A DNA stretch of 64,000 nt. Source: an uncultured Spirochaetota bacterium (GTDB taxonomy: Bacteria > Spirochaetota > Spirochaetia > SZUA-6 > Fen-1364). The position numbers were made by a program, and so were the translations under genes. The stretch lies in assembly GCA_963781885.1 (NCBI GenBank), contig CAWAHW010000002.1, forward strand, positions 544,001-608,000, written 5' to 3'. Numbering within the stretch: position 1 is the stretch's first letter; each line of letters opens with the position of its first letter. Below are positions 50,156 to 61,437 of the stretch, piece by piece. Below the pieces are notes generated by a model, which did no database searches, had not been told where the DNA came from, and saw only the letters and a list, made by a program, of their open reading frames with translations.

Positions 50156-51385
50156 CTAGAAGGCGAGGTCAAAAGCGGCGCTGATGGTGTAAGGGGAGCC
50201 GCTCGTCTTTGTTCCGGAAAAAGGATAGGCGAAGTACAGATTGAGGTCCGCCAGATCGAAAACATCTATGTAAATTCCTATTCCGGTGGACCCGAGAAAG
50301 CCGCTGGCCGTGTTGCTGGATTCCTGAAGATAGCCATTGTAGTAGGCGGTATCGACAAAGGCAAATAGTGCCGGCTCCAGGTCCCGCCATACGATCGCCG
50401 GGCCCACGACGCGCAGCTCCAGGTTGTTGATCAATTTCAGTCCGGTGGCGTAGTTTCCGTCATCCAGTCCATGAATCGTCGTGCTGTTTCCTGCGCGCAC
50501 GTATCTTCCGCCAAAGCTTTCAAAGACGAAGACGGGAACCGAGCTCCCGCCGGCATAGTCAACGCCGACATAGTCGGCAAGATACCCGCTTAGAAGGTTC
50601 ATGTTGGGGTCAGACGCGGTGGATTTGGCAAACAGCGTTTGATACAACTTGAGCGTCGCATTGAAGCGATAGTAGTCGGAGCCTCCGATCGTGTTGAAGA
50701 AAAAGCTCGGGCCCCATTCCGCGGACGCTTCGCCGTATATGCCCTGCTCCGTCTTGTGAACGGGGTCGACGGCAACCGTGTTCAGCGAGAGGCCGGCAAG
50801 CAGCGCGTTGGAAAGGATCTGGGTCTTGTCGGGGAAGGTGGAATCGTTGAGAAGCGAAGACTGCTGGCCCCATTCTGTCGATACGGAGTTGTAGTCGTAG
50901 TGGACCCTGTAGAAAAGAAAGCCCTCCAGGAGGTTTCTTTTTTGGCCCGGGTTCCACAAAATGCCTTGACGGATGCCAATGTCATTGACGAACTCGGCCT
51001 GATCGTAGGTCGTCGGTGAGTTTCCCCCGCTCGTCGGGCCCAGGATGTTGACAAAACCGGTCTGCGTGTAGCTCGCCGATGTGTTTCCTCCCGTAAAGGG
51101 GCCCGTGTAGTGGCTTCCATCGGGATTGACGTAGAAATTGTTTGACTGCCAACCGGCTCCCGGGTCATCTTCAATGATTGTGTCCAGCCCCGGTATCAGC
51201 CGCATGCCCGCATAGAGGATGTCGATGCTCGCGCCTGAGGGCACGAACCCATCCAGCCAATAGGCATAGAGTCCATACCCCGTGAATGTCCACGTTCCGG
51301 TGGGGGTCGTGGATTGCGCGAACGCGGTGGCGCCGCCAAGGCACAGAAGGATCGCCAACACGCAGGCGGATGTCGTGCGCTTCAT
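50156..51385 (-). CDS. Putative outer-membrane beta-barrel protein (Omp85 surface-antigen-like)
   Basis: Signal peptide, Y/F/G/N-rich amphipathic strands, GG..VR motif, NNLELR, C-terminal Phe; GGAGG SD; visibly lower GC. Confidence 0.65.
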   Translation of the reverse strand: MKRTTSACVLAILLCLGGATAFAQSTTPTGTWTFTGYGLYAYWLDGFVPSGASIDILYAGMRLIPGLDTIIEDDPGAGWQSNNFYVNPDGSHYTGPFTGGNTSASYTQTGFVNILGPTSGGNSPTTYDQAEFVNDIGIRQGILWNPGQKRNLLEGFLFYRVHYDYNSVSTEWGQQSSLLNDSTFPDKTQILSNALLAGLSLNTVAVDPVHKTEQGIYGEASAEWGPSFFFNTIGGSDYYRFNATLKLYQTLFAKSTASDPNMNLLSGYLADYVGVDYAGGSSVPVFVFESFGGRYVRAGNSTTIHGLDDGNYATGLKLINNLELRVVGPAIVWRDLEPALFAFVDTAYYNGYLQESSNTASGFLGSTGIGIYIDVFDLADLNLYFAYPFSGTKTSGSPYTISAAFDLAF

Positions 51386-51499
51386 TGATACCTCCATTGA
51401 TGGAACTGTCTGCGGGGACTATATCACTCATTGGTCTGGCGCGCGATGCCCTGATTGCGGGAAAAAGACAGGTTGTTCTCAAGCGGCGGGATTAAGGAA

Positions 51500-51574
51500 T
51501 CGGGCTGGGCGGATTTGAACCGCCGACCCCTTGCACCCCAAGCAAGTACGCTAAACCAACTGCGCTACAGCCCG
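51500..51574 (-). tRNA. tRNA-Pro (TGG), CCA not encoded
   Basis: CGGGCTGTAGCGCAGTTGGTTTAGCGTACTTGCTTGGGGTGCAAGGGGTCGGCGGTTCAAATCCGCCCAGCCCGA cloverleaf. Confidence 0.97.
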
Positions 51575-51586
51575 ATTTCGGCCTGC

Positions 51587-51615
51587 AATCTACCACCCGC
51601 ACCGGGGCATGTCAA
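51587..51615 (-). promoter_or_regulatory. Sigma70-type promoter of tRNA-Pro
   Basis: TTGACA-17 bp-TAGATT on the minus strand. Confidence 0.75.
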
Positions 51616-51880
51616 GTTGCGGCGCGCGCGGCGGCCCACGCGGATCGCGTGGCAGGGCGGCAAAGGCCTCCATGCGGGCCTTGGCTTTGACCAATGTCTG
51701 ATGTAGTCATTTATTGACTACCTATCTTATGCTTGCCTCCCTCACCGGAATCCTCTGGCCTGGCCTCAACCGAGACCGGCAAAGCTGCGTTGCGCATCCC
51801 GCGCGGTGACCGTGCTCCGCACCGGCCCGGCATCGCGCGCGTGGCTTGAAGCGACGCTCTGCTTCCGATACTTTTTCCGC

Positions 51881-53503
51881 ATGACGGCACAGCGCAAGCT
51901 CTGGCTCATTCTGCTGACACTCATCTCCGCGGTGCTTTTGCCGCTCGCCCTGCCGAACGACCTTTTCGGCGGCGCCATCAGGACACTCGGGTTTTCCGCG
52001 GGCGAAAGCTTTTCCTGGGGGAATGCCGTCCTCGGAATCGTCGCCATCGCGCCGTTGTTCTACGCGGTGAGCCTCGCGCCGACCTTCGGGTTTGCGTCCC
52101 TCCTGGGCGTCATCTTCGGCGGCGTTTCCACGGCGCTTTCCAACTTCTGGCTCATGTTTTTCCAGGGCTTCTCCGTCTGGACGTACGGCGGCGTGATCGT
52201 CGGTTACATCGGGTATAACGCGCTCCTTTTCCCCTTCCTGCGCGGCTTCGCGCGCATCAGCAGTCGTTTCCGACCCTTCCTGCTCGCCGCGGCATGGTGC
52301 GGCTACGAGTACTTCAAGTCGATCGGATTCCTGGGATACCCGTGGGGCCTGATCGCCTATCCCATGGGAGGCTTCCTGCCCCTCGTGCAGTTCGTCGACG
52401 TCACCGGCGTATGGGGGCTGTCCTTCCTCATGGCGCTTGTGAACGCGCTTGTCGCCGAGTACGCCCATGCCGGGTGGCGGCCGTTCTTCCGCCGTCAGGC
52501 GGCCTTCCTCGTCGTGCTCGTGGCATGCGCCCTCGTCTATGGCGTCATCCGCCTGGCCACGCCCATCCCGCAGAAGGGGGAGGCCACGCTGCTGCTCGTC
52601 CAGCAGAACATGGACCCGTGGGACGAAGGCCGCAATATCGACCAGAGCCTGCGCGTCAATCTCGATCTCACCTCGGAGGGCATCAGGAATACGCCGACGC
52701 TGCCGGATCTCGCCGTGTGGAGTGAAAGCTCCGTCTACAGCCCCTTCGTGGAAAAGGGACAGTTTGCGCCGCAGAAGAACCAGCTCGTGGACGAAGTGAA
52801 GGCGGGCGGGGTCCCGATCCTTTTCGGCGGCGTGGTGATACTGGACCGGCAGAAGGAACAGGCGATGAATGCCTCCATCCTCGTCGCGAAGGACGGGAGC
52901 ATCGTCGATACCTATGGCAAGACGCATCCCGTGCCGTTCGCGGAAAGCATCCCCTTCTTCGACGTCGACTGGGTGGCGCGTTTCTTCCGCAGGGTGGTGG
53001 GGATCGAGAACCCATGGGTGAGCGGCAATCGATTCACCATCTACTCGACGCCGCTTGCGCGCGGCGGGACCATGAGCTTCGGGACACCGATCTGTTTCGA
53101 AGATGCCTTTGCGCAGGTCTGCCGCAGCTTTGTCGACCGCGGCGCCGACGTGCTCGTGAACATCACGAACAACTCCTGGTCGAAGACGTGGTCGGCGGAG
53201 ATCCAGCACTTCCAGGCTGCACGATTCCGCGCCATCGAAAACAGGCGGGTGCTCGTCCGCTCGACGAATGGCGGCCTTTCCGCCGTGGTGGGGCCGTGGG
53301 GGGAGATCAGATCGCGCATGCCCCTCTTCGAGCGAACCTACCGGGTGGTGGACGTGCCGATCTATCGGGCAGCCACTCTTACCGTGTATGCCCGGTTCGG
53401 GGACTGGTTCGCGTGGGCAATTCTCGCGCTCCTTCTCATCGTGCTCGTGGTCGACGTCCTGCCGAAAAAAAAGAGGCTGCCTCTAGAAAGCAGCCTCCTT
53501 TGA
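51881..53503 (+). CDS. lnt: Apolipoprotein N-acyltransferase
   Basis: GYPW, QQN, WSES, YGKTHPVPFAE, PICFED, NITNNSW, RAIENRR, RSTNGG. Confidence 0.95.
   Translation: MTAQRKLWLILLTLISAVLLPLALPNDLFGGAIRTLGFSAGESFSWGNAVLGIVAIAPLFYAVSLAPTFGFASLLGVIFGGVSTALSNFWLMFFQGFSVWTYGGVIVGYIGYNALLFPFLRGFARISSRFRPFLLAAAWCGYEYFKSIGFLGYPWGLIAYPMGGFLPLVQFVDVTGVWGLSFLMALVNALVAEYAHAGWRPFFRRQAAFLVVLVACALVYGVIRLATPIPQKGEATLLLVQQNMDPWDEGRNIDQSLRVNLDLTSEGIRNTPTLPDLAVWSESSVYSPFVEKGQFAPQKNQLVDEVKAGGVPILFGGVVILDRQKEQAMNASILVAKDGSIVDTYGKTHPVPFAESIPFFDVDWVARFFRRVVGIENPWVSGNRFTIYSTPLARGGTMSFGTPICFEDAFAQVCRSFVDRGADVLVNITNNSWSKTWSAEIQHFQAARFRAIENRRVLVRSTNGGLSAVVGPWGEIRSRMPLFERTYRVVDVPIYRAATLTVYARFGDWFAWAILALLLIVLVVDVLPKKKRLPLESSLL
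53465..53497 (-). terminator. Intrinsic terminator of the RRM gene embedded in the lnt 3' end
   Basis: GAGGCTGC/GCAGCCTC stem followed by T8 on the minus strand. Confidence 0.8.
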
Positions 53504-53518
53504 CCGACGAGCCAGCCC

Positions 53519-53797
53519 TTACTGGTCGTCGTACCCGCCCCTGTGCGGCTCCTTGGGCTTTGCGAAATTCACCTTCAAGTTGCGCCCGTCCAGCGGCGTC
53601 TCATTGAGGGCCTTGATCGCAGCTTCGGCTTCCGGTTGCGTGGCCATTTCGATGAACCCGAAGCCCTTGGACCTTCCGGTCTGTCGATCCTTGATCACCT
53701 TGCTCGTTTCGACATTGCCGTAAGGGGTGAACAATTGACGCAGGGAATCCTCGTCAATCCGGTAGGGAAGATTCCCTACGTACAGATTCACAGCCAT
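53519..53797 (-). CDS. RRM RNA-binding protein
   Basis: RNP2 LYVGNL, RNP1 KGFGFIEM; AGGAG SD. Confidence 0.95.
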   Translation of the reverse strand: MAVNLYVGNLPYRIDEDSLRQLFTPYGNVETSKVIKDRQTGRSKGFGFIEMATQPEAEAAIKALNETPLDGRNLKVNFAKPKEPHRGGYDDQ

Positions 53798-53984
53798 ACA
53801 CACTCCTTTTCCGAAAAACGGGGGATCTTGGGACACGATAGGGGGCACACATCTCGAATAGCACCTAGGGTCGTGACCAAAGCAGGCTGATTCTAAACCG
53901 GTTTTTTTGAGGGCGCAAGCACTTTTTTAACGAGTTGTTATGTGGACGTTACGCCGTTGTTCGACGATCGCGCCGGGCAAGGGA

Positions 53985-54012
53985 AGCGCTGCCGGCTTTG
54001 CCCGGCAGCGCT
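53985..54012 (-). terminator. Hairpin downstream of argG
   Basis: AGCGCTGCCGG/CCGGCAGCGCT 11-bp stem 6 nt after the stop; weak U-tract. Confidence 0.55.
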
Positions 54013-54018
54013 AAAAGG

Positions 54019-55259
<1,241 letters not shown>

Positions 55260-55263
<4 letters not shown>

Positions 55264-56456
55264 TCCAGTACCTCCTCTATCAAGTGAATTCCCTGCTCTA
55301 TTTCCTTGCGGCTGATGATCAACGGCGGGGCAAGACGCACGACGTCGGCCCCCGAGCGCAGGAGAAGGATCCCGCCGTCCCGGGCGCGGTCGATCAGGGC
55401 TTTCAGATCCCCGTCAATGTAGCGGAATCCCTGGAGGAGCCCCTTTCCCCGCAGCTCGCCCACCTTCTGCGGGTGGCGTATCCGCATGGCTGAAAGACCT
55501 TCGCGCAGCGCGATCCCCGATTCCTTCACCCTTTCCACGAACGCCGGCTGGCTGATGATCCTCCATACCTGGGAGGCCACGGCGGTCGTCACCGGCCCGC
55601 CGCCGAATGTCGTGCCATGGTCGCCCGCGTGGATGAGGCAGTTGATTTTTGGCGATATGAGCACGGCCGACAGCGGCAGTCCGCCCGCCAGCGGCTTTGC
55701 CAGCGTGATGATATCCGGCTGGAGCCCGACGCCCTCCGAGGCGTAGAACGTGCCGGTCCGGCCCATGCCGGTCTGAACCTCGTCGGCGATCAGGATCGCG
55801 TGGGACCGCCGGCACTGCTCGTTCAGCGCCCGCGCGAACTCCTCCGTCATGGGTGCAAGGCCGCCTTCGCCCTGGACGACCTCCACGATCACGCCGGCGA
55901 ACTCGTCGGTGAGAACGCGCGCGAGCGCTTGAGGGTCGTTGTACGGCGCCACCACGACGCCCGGGATGAGCGGGAAGAAGGGATCCTGGTACTTCGGCGA
56001 CGGCGTGCAGGAAAGCGAGCCGAACGTCCTGCCGTGGAAGGCGCCGCTGAAGCAGAGGAGCTTCTCGTGGCCCGGCCCTTTTGTGCGCAGGGAGTGCAGC
56101 CGCGCGTACTTCAAGGCTGCCTCGTTCGCCTCAGTACCGCTGTTGCCGAAGAAAACCGATGCGAACGGATAGGGCCCCGTCTTCAGCATCGCGCGGGCCA
56201 GGGCAAGGGCGGGCTCGGTCGTAAACAGGTTGGAGATGTGGCTCAGCTTCCGCATCTGCTTCATGGCGGTGCGGGCAAGGTCGGCGCGGCCGTATCCCAG
56301 CGCGTTCACGGCGATCCCCCCGGCAAAGTCCAGGTAGCGGCGGCCCCCCGTGTCCTCCAGCCAGACGCCATGCCCGCGCGCCACCACCAGGAGCTCGCTC
56401 CCGTACTGGGGAGGGAAAGGCAGATCCGTTTCCAGTGCAGCCTTCTTCACTTCCAT
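55260..56456 (-). CDS. argD: Acetylornithine aminotransferase
   Basis: GIAVNALG, NSGTEANE, FHGRT, DEVQTG, LAKPLAGG, HGTTFGG; arg operon context. Confidence 0.92.
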
Positions 56457-57217
56457 AGTCGTGTTCCCTGCTTTCCTTCCATGAGCCGGGCCAGAGAGCC
56501 CGCCCCGTCGTATTGGCCGATGATCACCTTGTCCACGCCCCGCTCCATCGCTTCCAGGGACGCGGAAACCTTGGGCACCATGCCGCCCGTGATGACGCCG
56601 CGCGCGATGAGGCTCCGCGCTTCTTCGGCGGAGAGTGCCTGCACGATGCTCCCGTCGCAAAGGATGCCCGGCGTGTCGGAGAAAAAGATCAAGGCGTGCG
56701 CGGAAAGCCGGGCGGCGATCCGAAACGCCACCGTGTCCGCATTGATGTTGAGCGCGTTTCCCGCTGCATCCATTGAGGGGGAGGCGACCACGGGGAGGAA
56801 TCCGTGCGCCAGAAGAAGCTCCAGCAGCCGGGGATTCACGTCCGTGACGTCGCCCGTGCGCGTGTCTGCAGGGGAGCCGCCCCGCCGCTCGGCCTTGATG
56901 ACGCCGCCGTCCGTTCCCGTCACGCCCACGGCGTCGAGGCCCCGCGCGCGCAGGAGCCGCACGAGATGCGCGTTGATCCTGCCGCCGAGCACCATGTCGA
57001 CGATGTCCATCTCTTCTGCCGTTGTCTGGCGTATGCCGTCGCGGAAGACGGGCGCGATACCGAAGCGCTTCGACACCGCGGTGACCTCGGGCCCGCCGCC
57101 GTGCACGAGCAGGAGCCTGTTGTCCCGCGAGAGGTCGAGCATCTCATCGGCAAGCGCCAGGAGGGAATCCCTGCTCTCCGCGGCCCGGCCGCCGATCTTC
57201 AGGACGATGGCCGCCAC
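56447..57217 (-). CDS. argB: Acetylglutamate kinase
   Basis: KIGG, VHGGGP, NINAD, GGMVPKV. Confidence 0.95.
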   Translation of the reverse strand: MAAIVLKIGGRAAESRDSLLALADEMLDLSRDNRLLLVHGGGPEVTAVSKRFGIAPVFRDGIRQTTAEEMDIVDMVLGGRINAHLVRLLRARGLDAVGVTGTDGGVIKAERRGGSPADTRTGDVTDVNPRLLELLLAHGFLPVVASPSMDAAGNALNINADTVAFRIAARLSAHALIFFSDTPGILCDGSIVQALSAEEARSLIARGVITGGMVPKVSASLEAMERGVDKVIIGQYDGAGSLARLMEGKQGTRLWK

Positions 57218-57218
57218 C

Positions 57219-58270
57219 TTAGAGCTCCCCCCCTGACCGCAGGCCGGCAGCCTCGGGGAGGCCGAACCGGATGTTCATGTCCTGCACGGCCTGGCCCGAT
57301 GCGCCCTTCACGAGATTGTCGAGCACGGAGAAAAGCATGACGTGCCGGCCCTCCCGCCTCCACCCGATGTCGCAGCGATTGGAGCCCCAGACCTCGCGCG
57401 TCTGCGGCACCCGCGCGCCGGCGAGCCCGATGAACGGCCGGCCGGCATAGGCAGCCTGGAACGCCGCCTCGATGCTGCCGGCGCCCGTGGCCGGAGGATC
57501 GCCGGAAAGCTCGGCGACCGTCGTCACGGCCATGCCGCGGCGCAGCGGCGCCATGTGGGGCGTGAAAAGCAGGGAGAGCGTCTCCTGTGCCTGGTGGAGC
57601 TCCTGTGCGATCTCGGGCGCGTGCCGGTGCGACGTGCCGGGGTTGTACGCGTTGACATTCTCCGATCGCTCGCAGTACAGGAGGTCCACCCTTTCCTTGC
57701 GGCCCGCTCCCGAGATGCCCGAGATCGCGTTGGCGATCACCGTCCCCGTGAGAAGCCCTGCCCGCGCGAGCGGCAGGAGCGGCAGGAGGGTGGCGGTGGG
57801 GTAGCATCCCGGGGCGGCGATGAGGTCGGCGCTCCGCAGGGCGTCGGTATGCCATTCGGCAAGACCGTAGACGGCGCGCGGCAGCAGGTCGGGCCGGGGA
57901 ACGGGGGAGCCGTAGGCGGAAAGGAAGACAGCGGGATCGCGGATGCGGAAGTCCGCCGAAAGGTCGATGACGACGGCCTTTCCGAACAGGGGCGCGCAGA
58001 TCTCCGCGGATTTCAGGTGCGGGAGGGCGGAAAAGACGACGTCGAGCTCGTGACTCTCCGCTGCCCGCCGTGCCTCTGCAACGGTGCACAGCAGCCCCCC
58101 GGGAATTTTTCTTCTATCGACGGCGGCAGACCGGGATCCGCCGCGCGCACAGGCGCGCCCGCCTGGGACGAGGAAACCGCATGGATGCGGCGGACCTCGG
58201 GATGCTCCGCCAGGATGCGCAGAAGGACGAGACCGGTATAGCCTGTCGCACCGAGCACGGCTGCTTTCAT
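57219..58270 (-). CDS. argC: N-acetyl-gamma-glutamyl-phosphate reductase, frameshift near 58095
   Basis: GATGYTG in ORF 58013-58270; DLSADFR, PGCYPT, SGISGAG, DNLVKGASGQA in ORF 57219-58274. Confidence 0.92.
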
Positions 58271-58822
58271 TCACGCTCCTCCCGGAAAGCCTGGAATGCG
58301 CGCGCGCATGGCACGCGCGAGTCGAAACGGCATGACGCCGCTTCGCGGCACGATCAGGATCGTGTCGTCGCCCGCGATGGTGCCCAGCACCTCGCGGATG
58401 CGCAGGTTGTCCAACGCCGAGGCGACGCTGCTTGCGTGCCCGGGCAGGGTCCGCATGAGGCCGAAGGCGCCCGAGAACTCCAGCGACAGGAATCCGCGCA
58501 TGAAGTCCTGCACGTACGTGGCGTCCGTCCCGGGGCGCACCTCGGCGTCGGAGAGCATGTAGGTGTATCCGCCGCTCGCGCTGGGCGCCTTGCCGATGCC
58601 CAAGCGCTTCAGGTCGCGGGAGAGCGTGGCCTGCGCCACCTCGAAACCCTGGCGCCGCAGGAGCTCCGTCAGGCGCTCCTGGCTGTCCACGGCGGCGTCC
58701 GCCACGATCCGGCGGATGGCCTCCAGGCGCACGCCGCGCGTCGGCGACGCCCCGTGTCCCCTCCCCTTGGGGGGGCGTCCCGCGCCGCCATGCCCGCCCT
58801 TTTTCGTCCGTATGTCGCTCAT
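58271..58822 (-). CDS. argR: Arginine repressor
   Basis: SQERL, QATLSRDL, TLPGHA, GTIAGDDTI. Confidence 0.93.
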   Translation of the reverse strand: MSDIRTKKGGHGGAGRPPKGRGHGASPTRGVRLEAIRRIVADAAVDSQERLTELLRRQGFEVAQATLSRDLKRLGIGKAPSASGGYTYMLSDAEVRPGTDATYVQDFMRGFLSLEFSGAFGLMRTLPGHASSVASALDNLRIREVLGTIAGDDTILIVPRSGVMPFRLARAMRARIPGFPGGA

Positions 58823-58878
58823 TGCATATTTATCCTGCTCGATTGGATAATTATACGGTCGTGGGCCGGAAGGGTCAA
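58823..58878 (-). promoter_or_regulatory. arg operon promoter with tandem ARG boxes
   Basis: TTGACC-17 bp-TATAAT; cores TGCATATTTATCCT (58823-58836) and TGGATAATTATACG (58844-58857), 21-bp period. Confidence 0.85.
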
Positions 58879-58928
58879 GGGGGGGCGGCGTCTTGAAACC
58901 GCGGCGCGCACCCCGTATAGTGCGGCCC

Positions 58929-59498
58929 ATGAGGATCTGTGTTTTCTGCTCTTCCAGCGACGCGGTGGACACGGTGTATCTCGATGCCGCCGCGGAAGCG
59001 GGCACTCTCATCGCGCAGGGCGGGCATTCCCTGGTCTTCGGCGGCGGACGGGTGGGGCTCATGGGGGCCGTGGCGCGCGCCGTGCACGCCGGCGGCGGGA
59101 AGGTGGTCGGCATCATCCCCACGTTCATGAACAAGCCCGGGGTGCCGTACACAGAGTGCGACGAGCTTCTCTACACGCGCGGCATGCAGGAGCGCAAGGC
59201 GCGCATGATGGCATTGGCGGAGGCCTTTCTTGTCCTGCCCGGCGGCTTCGGGACCCTGGAGGAGATGTCGGAGGTCATGACGCAGAAGCAGTTCGACTTC
59301 TTGAAGGTTCCTCTCGTCGCCGTGAACGTGAACGGCTTCTACGATCGGCTCGCGGAGTTTTTTGAGGTATTCTACGACCGCCGCTTCGCGAAGCCGGCCT
59401 TTCGGGCCACCTGCCCGTTTGTCGGGAGTCCCGCGGAGGCCATGGCCTACATCCGCGACTACAGCCCGCCGGCGTCGACCAGCAAGTGGTTCACGTGA
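58929..59498 (+). CDS. LOG family (TIGR00730) nucleotide monophosphate nucleosidase
   Basis: ICVFCSS, GGRVGLMG, MQERK, PGGFGTLEE. Confidence 0.93.
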   Translation: MRICVFCSSSDAVDTVYLDAAAEAGTLIAQGGHSLVFGGGRVGLMGAVARAVHAGGGKVVGIIPTFMNKPGVPYTECDELLYTRGMQERKARMMALAEAFLVLPGGFGTLEEMSEVMTQKQFDFLKVPLVAVNVNGFYDRLAEFFEVFYDRRFAKPAFRATCPFVGSPAEAMAYIRDYSPPASTSKWFT

Positions 59499-60288
59499 TG
59501 CCGGCCTGCTGGAGGAGCAGGCGCATCTCGCGGGCGTTCTTCGCGGCGTTTCCCCTCCAGTGATTGTTGAAAAAGAGCAGGAGCATGGGCACACGCTGCA
59601 TGATGGTCCTGATGCGGTCCGCCCACTCCTCCATCTCCGCGGGGCTGTACAGGTAGTTGTAGCGTGAGGCGTTGTCGCCGGTCCACCATTCCTCCTTGTT
59701 GCGGCCGTGGAAGCGAAGGTAGCCGAAGCTCCCCGTCGTCACGGTGGACGGCCGCAGCAGCTTCGGCAGGTCCGGCTCGTCAACGCTTACGAGTGCCACG
59801 CCGCGCTCCCTGAGGCCCTCGTAGACCCGGTCCTGCAGCCAGTCGCTTTTTCGAAACTCCACTGCCAGCGGCAACCCTGAGAGAAGAGAGCAGAGGGTCG
59901 ACAGGCGCGCGCGCGATTCGGGCGAATAGCCGAAGCTGTACGGGAATTGCAGGAGCACGGCGGCGAGCCTCTTTGCATCGACGAGCGGCTGCAGGCCCTG
60001 TCGGAATGTTTCGATCTCCTTCTCCCAGTTCTGCCCGATCTCGTGCGTCATGCTCCGGTGCGCCTTCAGGGCAAAGAGAAAGCCTTCCGGCGTTGCATCG
60101 ATCATGTGTTGCAGGGTCTGTGCGCGGGGTTGCGCGTAGTAGCTGAAGTTGAGCTCGACGATTGGAAACTCGCGCGCATACAAGGACAGGAAGTCCGACC
60201 TCGGGGTCTGGGGCGGATAGACGGGACCGACCCAGTCGTCGTAGGAGTAGCCGCTCGTCCCGATCAGAATTTTCCGCTGCTCGTCCAT
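59491..60288 (-). CDS. DUF72 domain protein
   Basis: IGTSGYSYDDW, VELNFSYY, LQFP, AVEFR, YLRFHGRN, FFNN. Confidence 0.93.
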   Translation of the reverse strand: MDEQRKILIGTSGYSYDDWVGPVYPPQTPRSDFLSLYAREFPIVELNFSYYAQPRAQTLQHMIDATPEGFLFALKAHRSMTHEIGQNWEKEIETFRQGLQPLVDAKRLAAVLLQFPYSFGYSPESRARLSTLCSLLSGLPLAVEFRKSDWLQDRVYEGLRERGVALVSVDEPDLPKLLRPSTVTTGSFGYLRFHGRNKEEWWTGDNASRYNYLYSPAEMEEWADRIRTIMQRVPMLLLFFNNHWRGNAAKNAREMRLLLQQAGIT

Positions 60289-60295
60289 GCTTCTC

Positions 60296-61255
60296 TCAAT
60301 ACCCCGCCTCCTTGTCCACGACGTTCAGGAGCGGCTCTCCCGCGACGTAACGCGCGAGGTTTTGGCAGAAGAGATCGAATGTTTCCTCGTCGTAGCCGGG
60401 ATGGTTCCCGCCATAGTGCGGGGTGACGATCACATTCGGCATGCCCCAGAGCGGATGCCCGGCCGGGAGCGGCTCGGGATCGGTGACGTCCAGCCCGGCG
60501 CCGCGCACGCGCCCGTCCGTGAGCGCCGGGATCAAGGCGTCGGTGTCGATGCTGTTTCCGCGCCCCGCGTTCAGGAGGAATGCCCCTTGCATCGAATCCA
60601 GCTCCGGCTTTCCGACGAAGCCGCGCGTAAGCGGCGTGCCCGGCAGCACGAGCATGATGATGCGCGCCCGCGCGAAGGCGGCCCTCCGTTCATCGGGGCC
60701 GAACACCTCCTCCACGGCGTCATGCGCGCGGGCGTGTCGGCTGATCCCGATCACGTGCATGCCGAAGGCGCGGCCGATCTCCGCGCACCGCGCGCCGATC
60801 ACGCCAAGGCCCGCCACGCACAGCGTCCTGTCGGCAAGCGTGGCAAGGCCCTGCACCATCGCGTCCCTGTCCCATCGCCCTTCCACCTGCGCGCGCACGG
60901 CGCGATGCAGGTTGCGGGTGAGCATGAGCGCCATTCCCCAGAGGTGCTCCGTCATGGCGGAGGCGTGGATGTGCACGTTCGTGAAGATCGCGCCGTGCGC
61001 GCGGGCCTCGGGGATGCGCAGGACGCCGTCCATCCCGGCAAAGCCCGTCTGCAGCCATTGCAGGCGGACGGCCTCCTTCCAGAGAGGGGCCGGCAGCGAC
61101 GGATAGCAGACCTCGATCTTCCCGACGAGCCCGGGGTCCGCGGCAAGCTCTTCCTGCCGGAGGATGCGCGCGCCGGGCGCGAGGGCAAGGATTCTTTTCT
61201 CCCGCGCGGCCTCAAGGGGCGCATTCACAAGAATGATCGGCGCGGCATGACGCAT
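60296..61255 (-). CDS. D-2-hydroxyacid dehydrogenase
   Basis: GLGVIG, NAGRG, LDVTDPEPL, TPH. Confidence 0.92.
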   Translation of the reverse strand: MRHAAPIILVNAPLEAAREKRILALAPGARILRQEELAADPGLVGKIEVCYPSLPAPLWKEAVRLQWLQTGFAGMDGVLRIPEARAHGAIFTNVHIHASAMTEHLWGMALMLTRNLHRAVRAQVEGRWDRDAMVQGLATLADRTLCVAGLGVIGARCAEIGRAFGMHVIGISRHARAHDAVEEVFGPDERRAAFARARIIMLVLPGTPLTRGFVGKPELDSMQGAFLLNAGRGNSIDTDALIPALTDGRVRGAGLDVTDPEPLPAGHPLWGMPNVIVTPHYGGNHPGYDEETFDLFCQNLARYVAGEPLLNVVDKEAGY

Positions 61256-61437
61256 GACGGACACCGGAGCCCCGATCCCGGAGAAAGTCAAGACGCTCTT
61301 GACAATACCTGTAAAAATCATTTGACTCGGCTCATGAATCAATTGGTGTGACCGTCCACCGTCCCGTCTCGCTCGGCTCTTTCGCCTTTCGCTTCCAGGC
61401 GATCGTCACCTTCCCCGACCTGTAAGGAACTAGAGAG

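Noticed and set aside
49100-51574. Genomic island at tRNA-Pro
   Set aside because: Only a mild GC dip; no att repeat or mobility gene found by eye.
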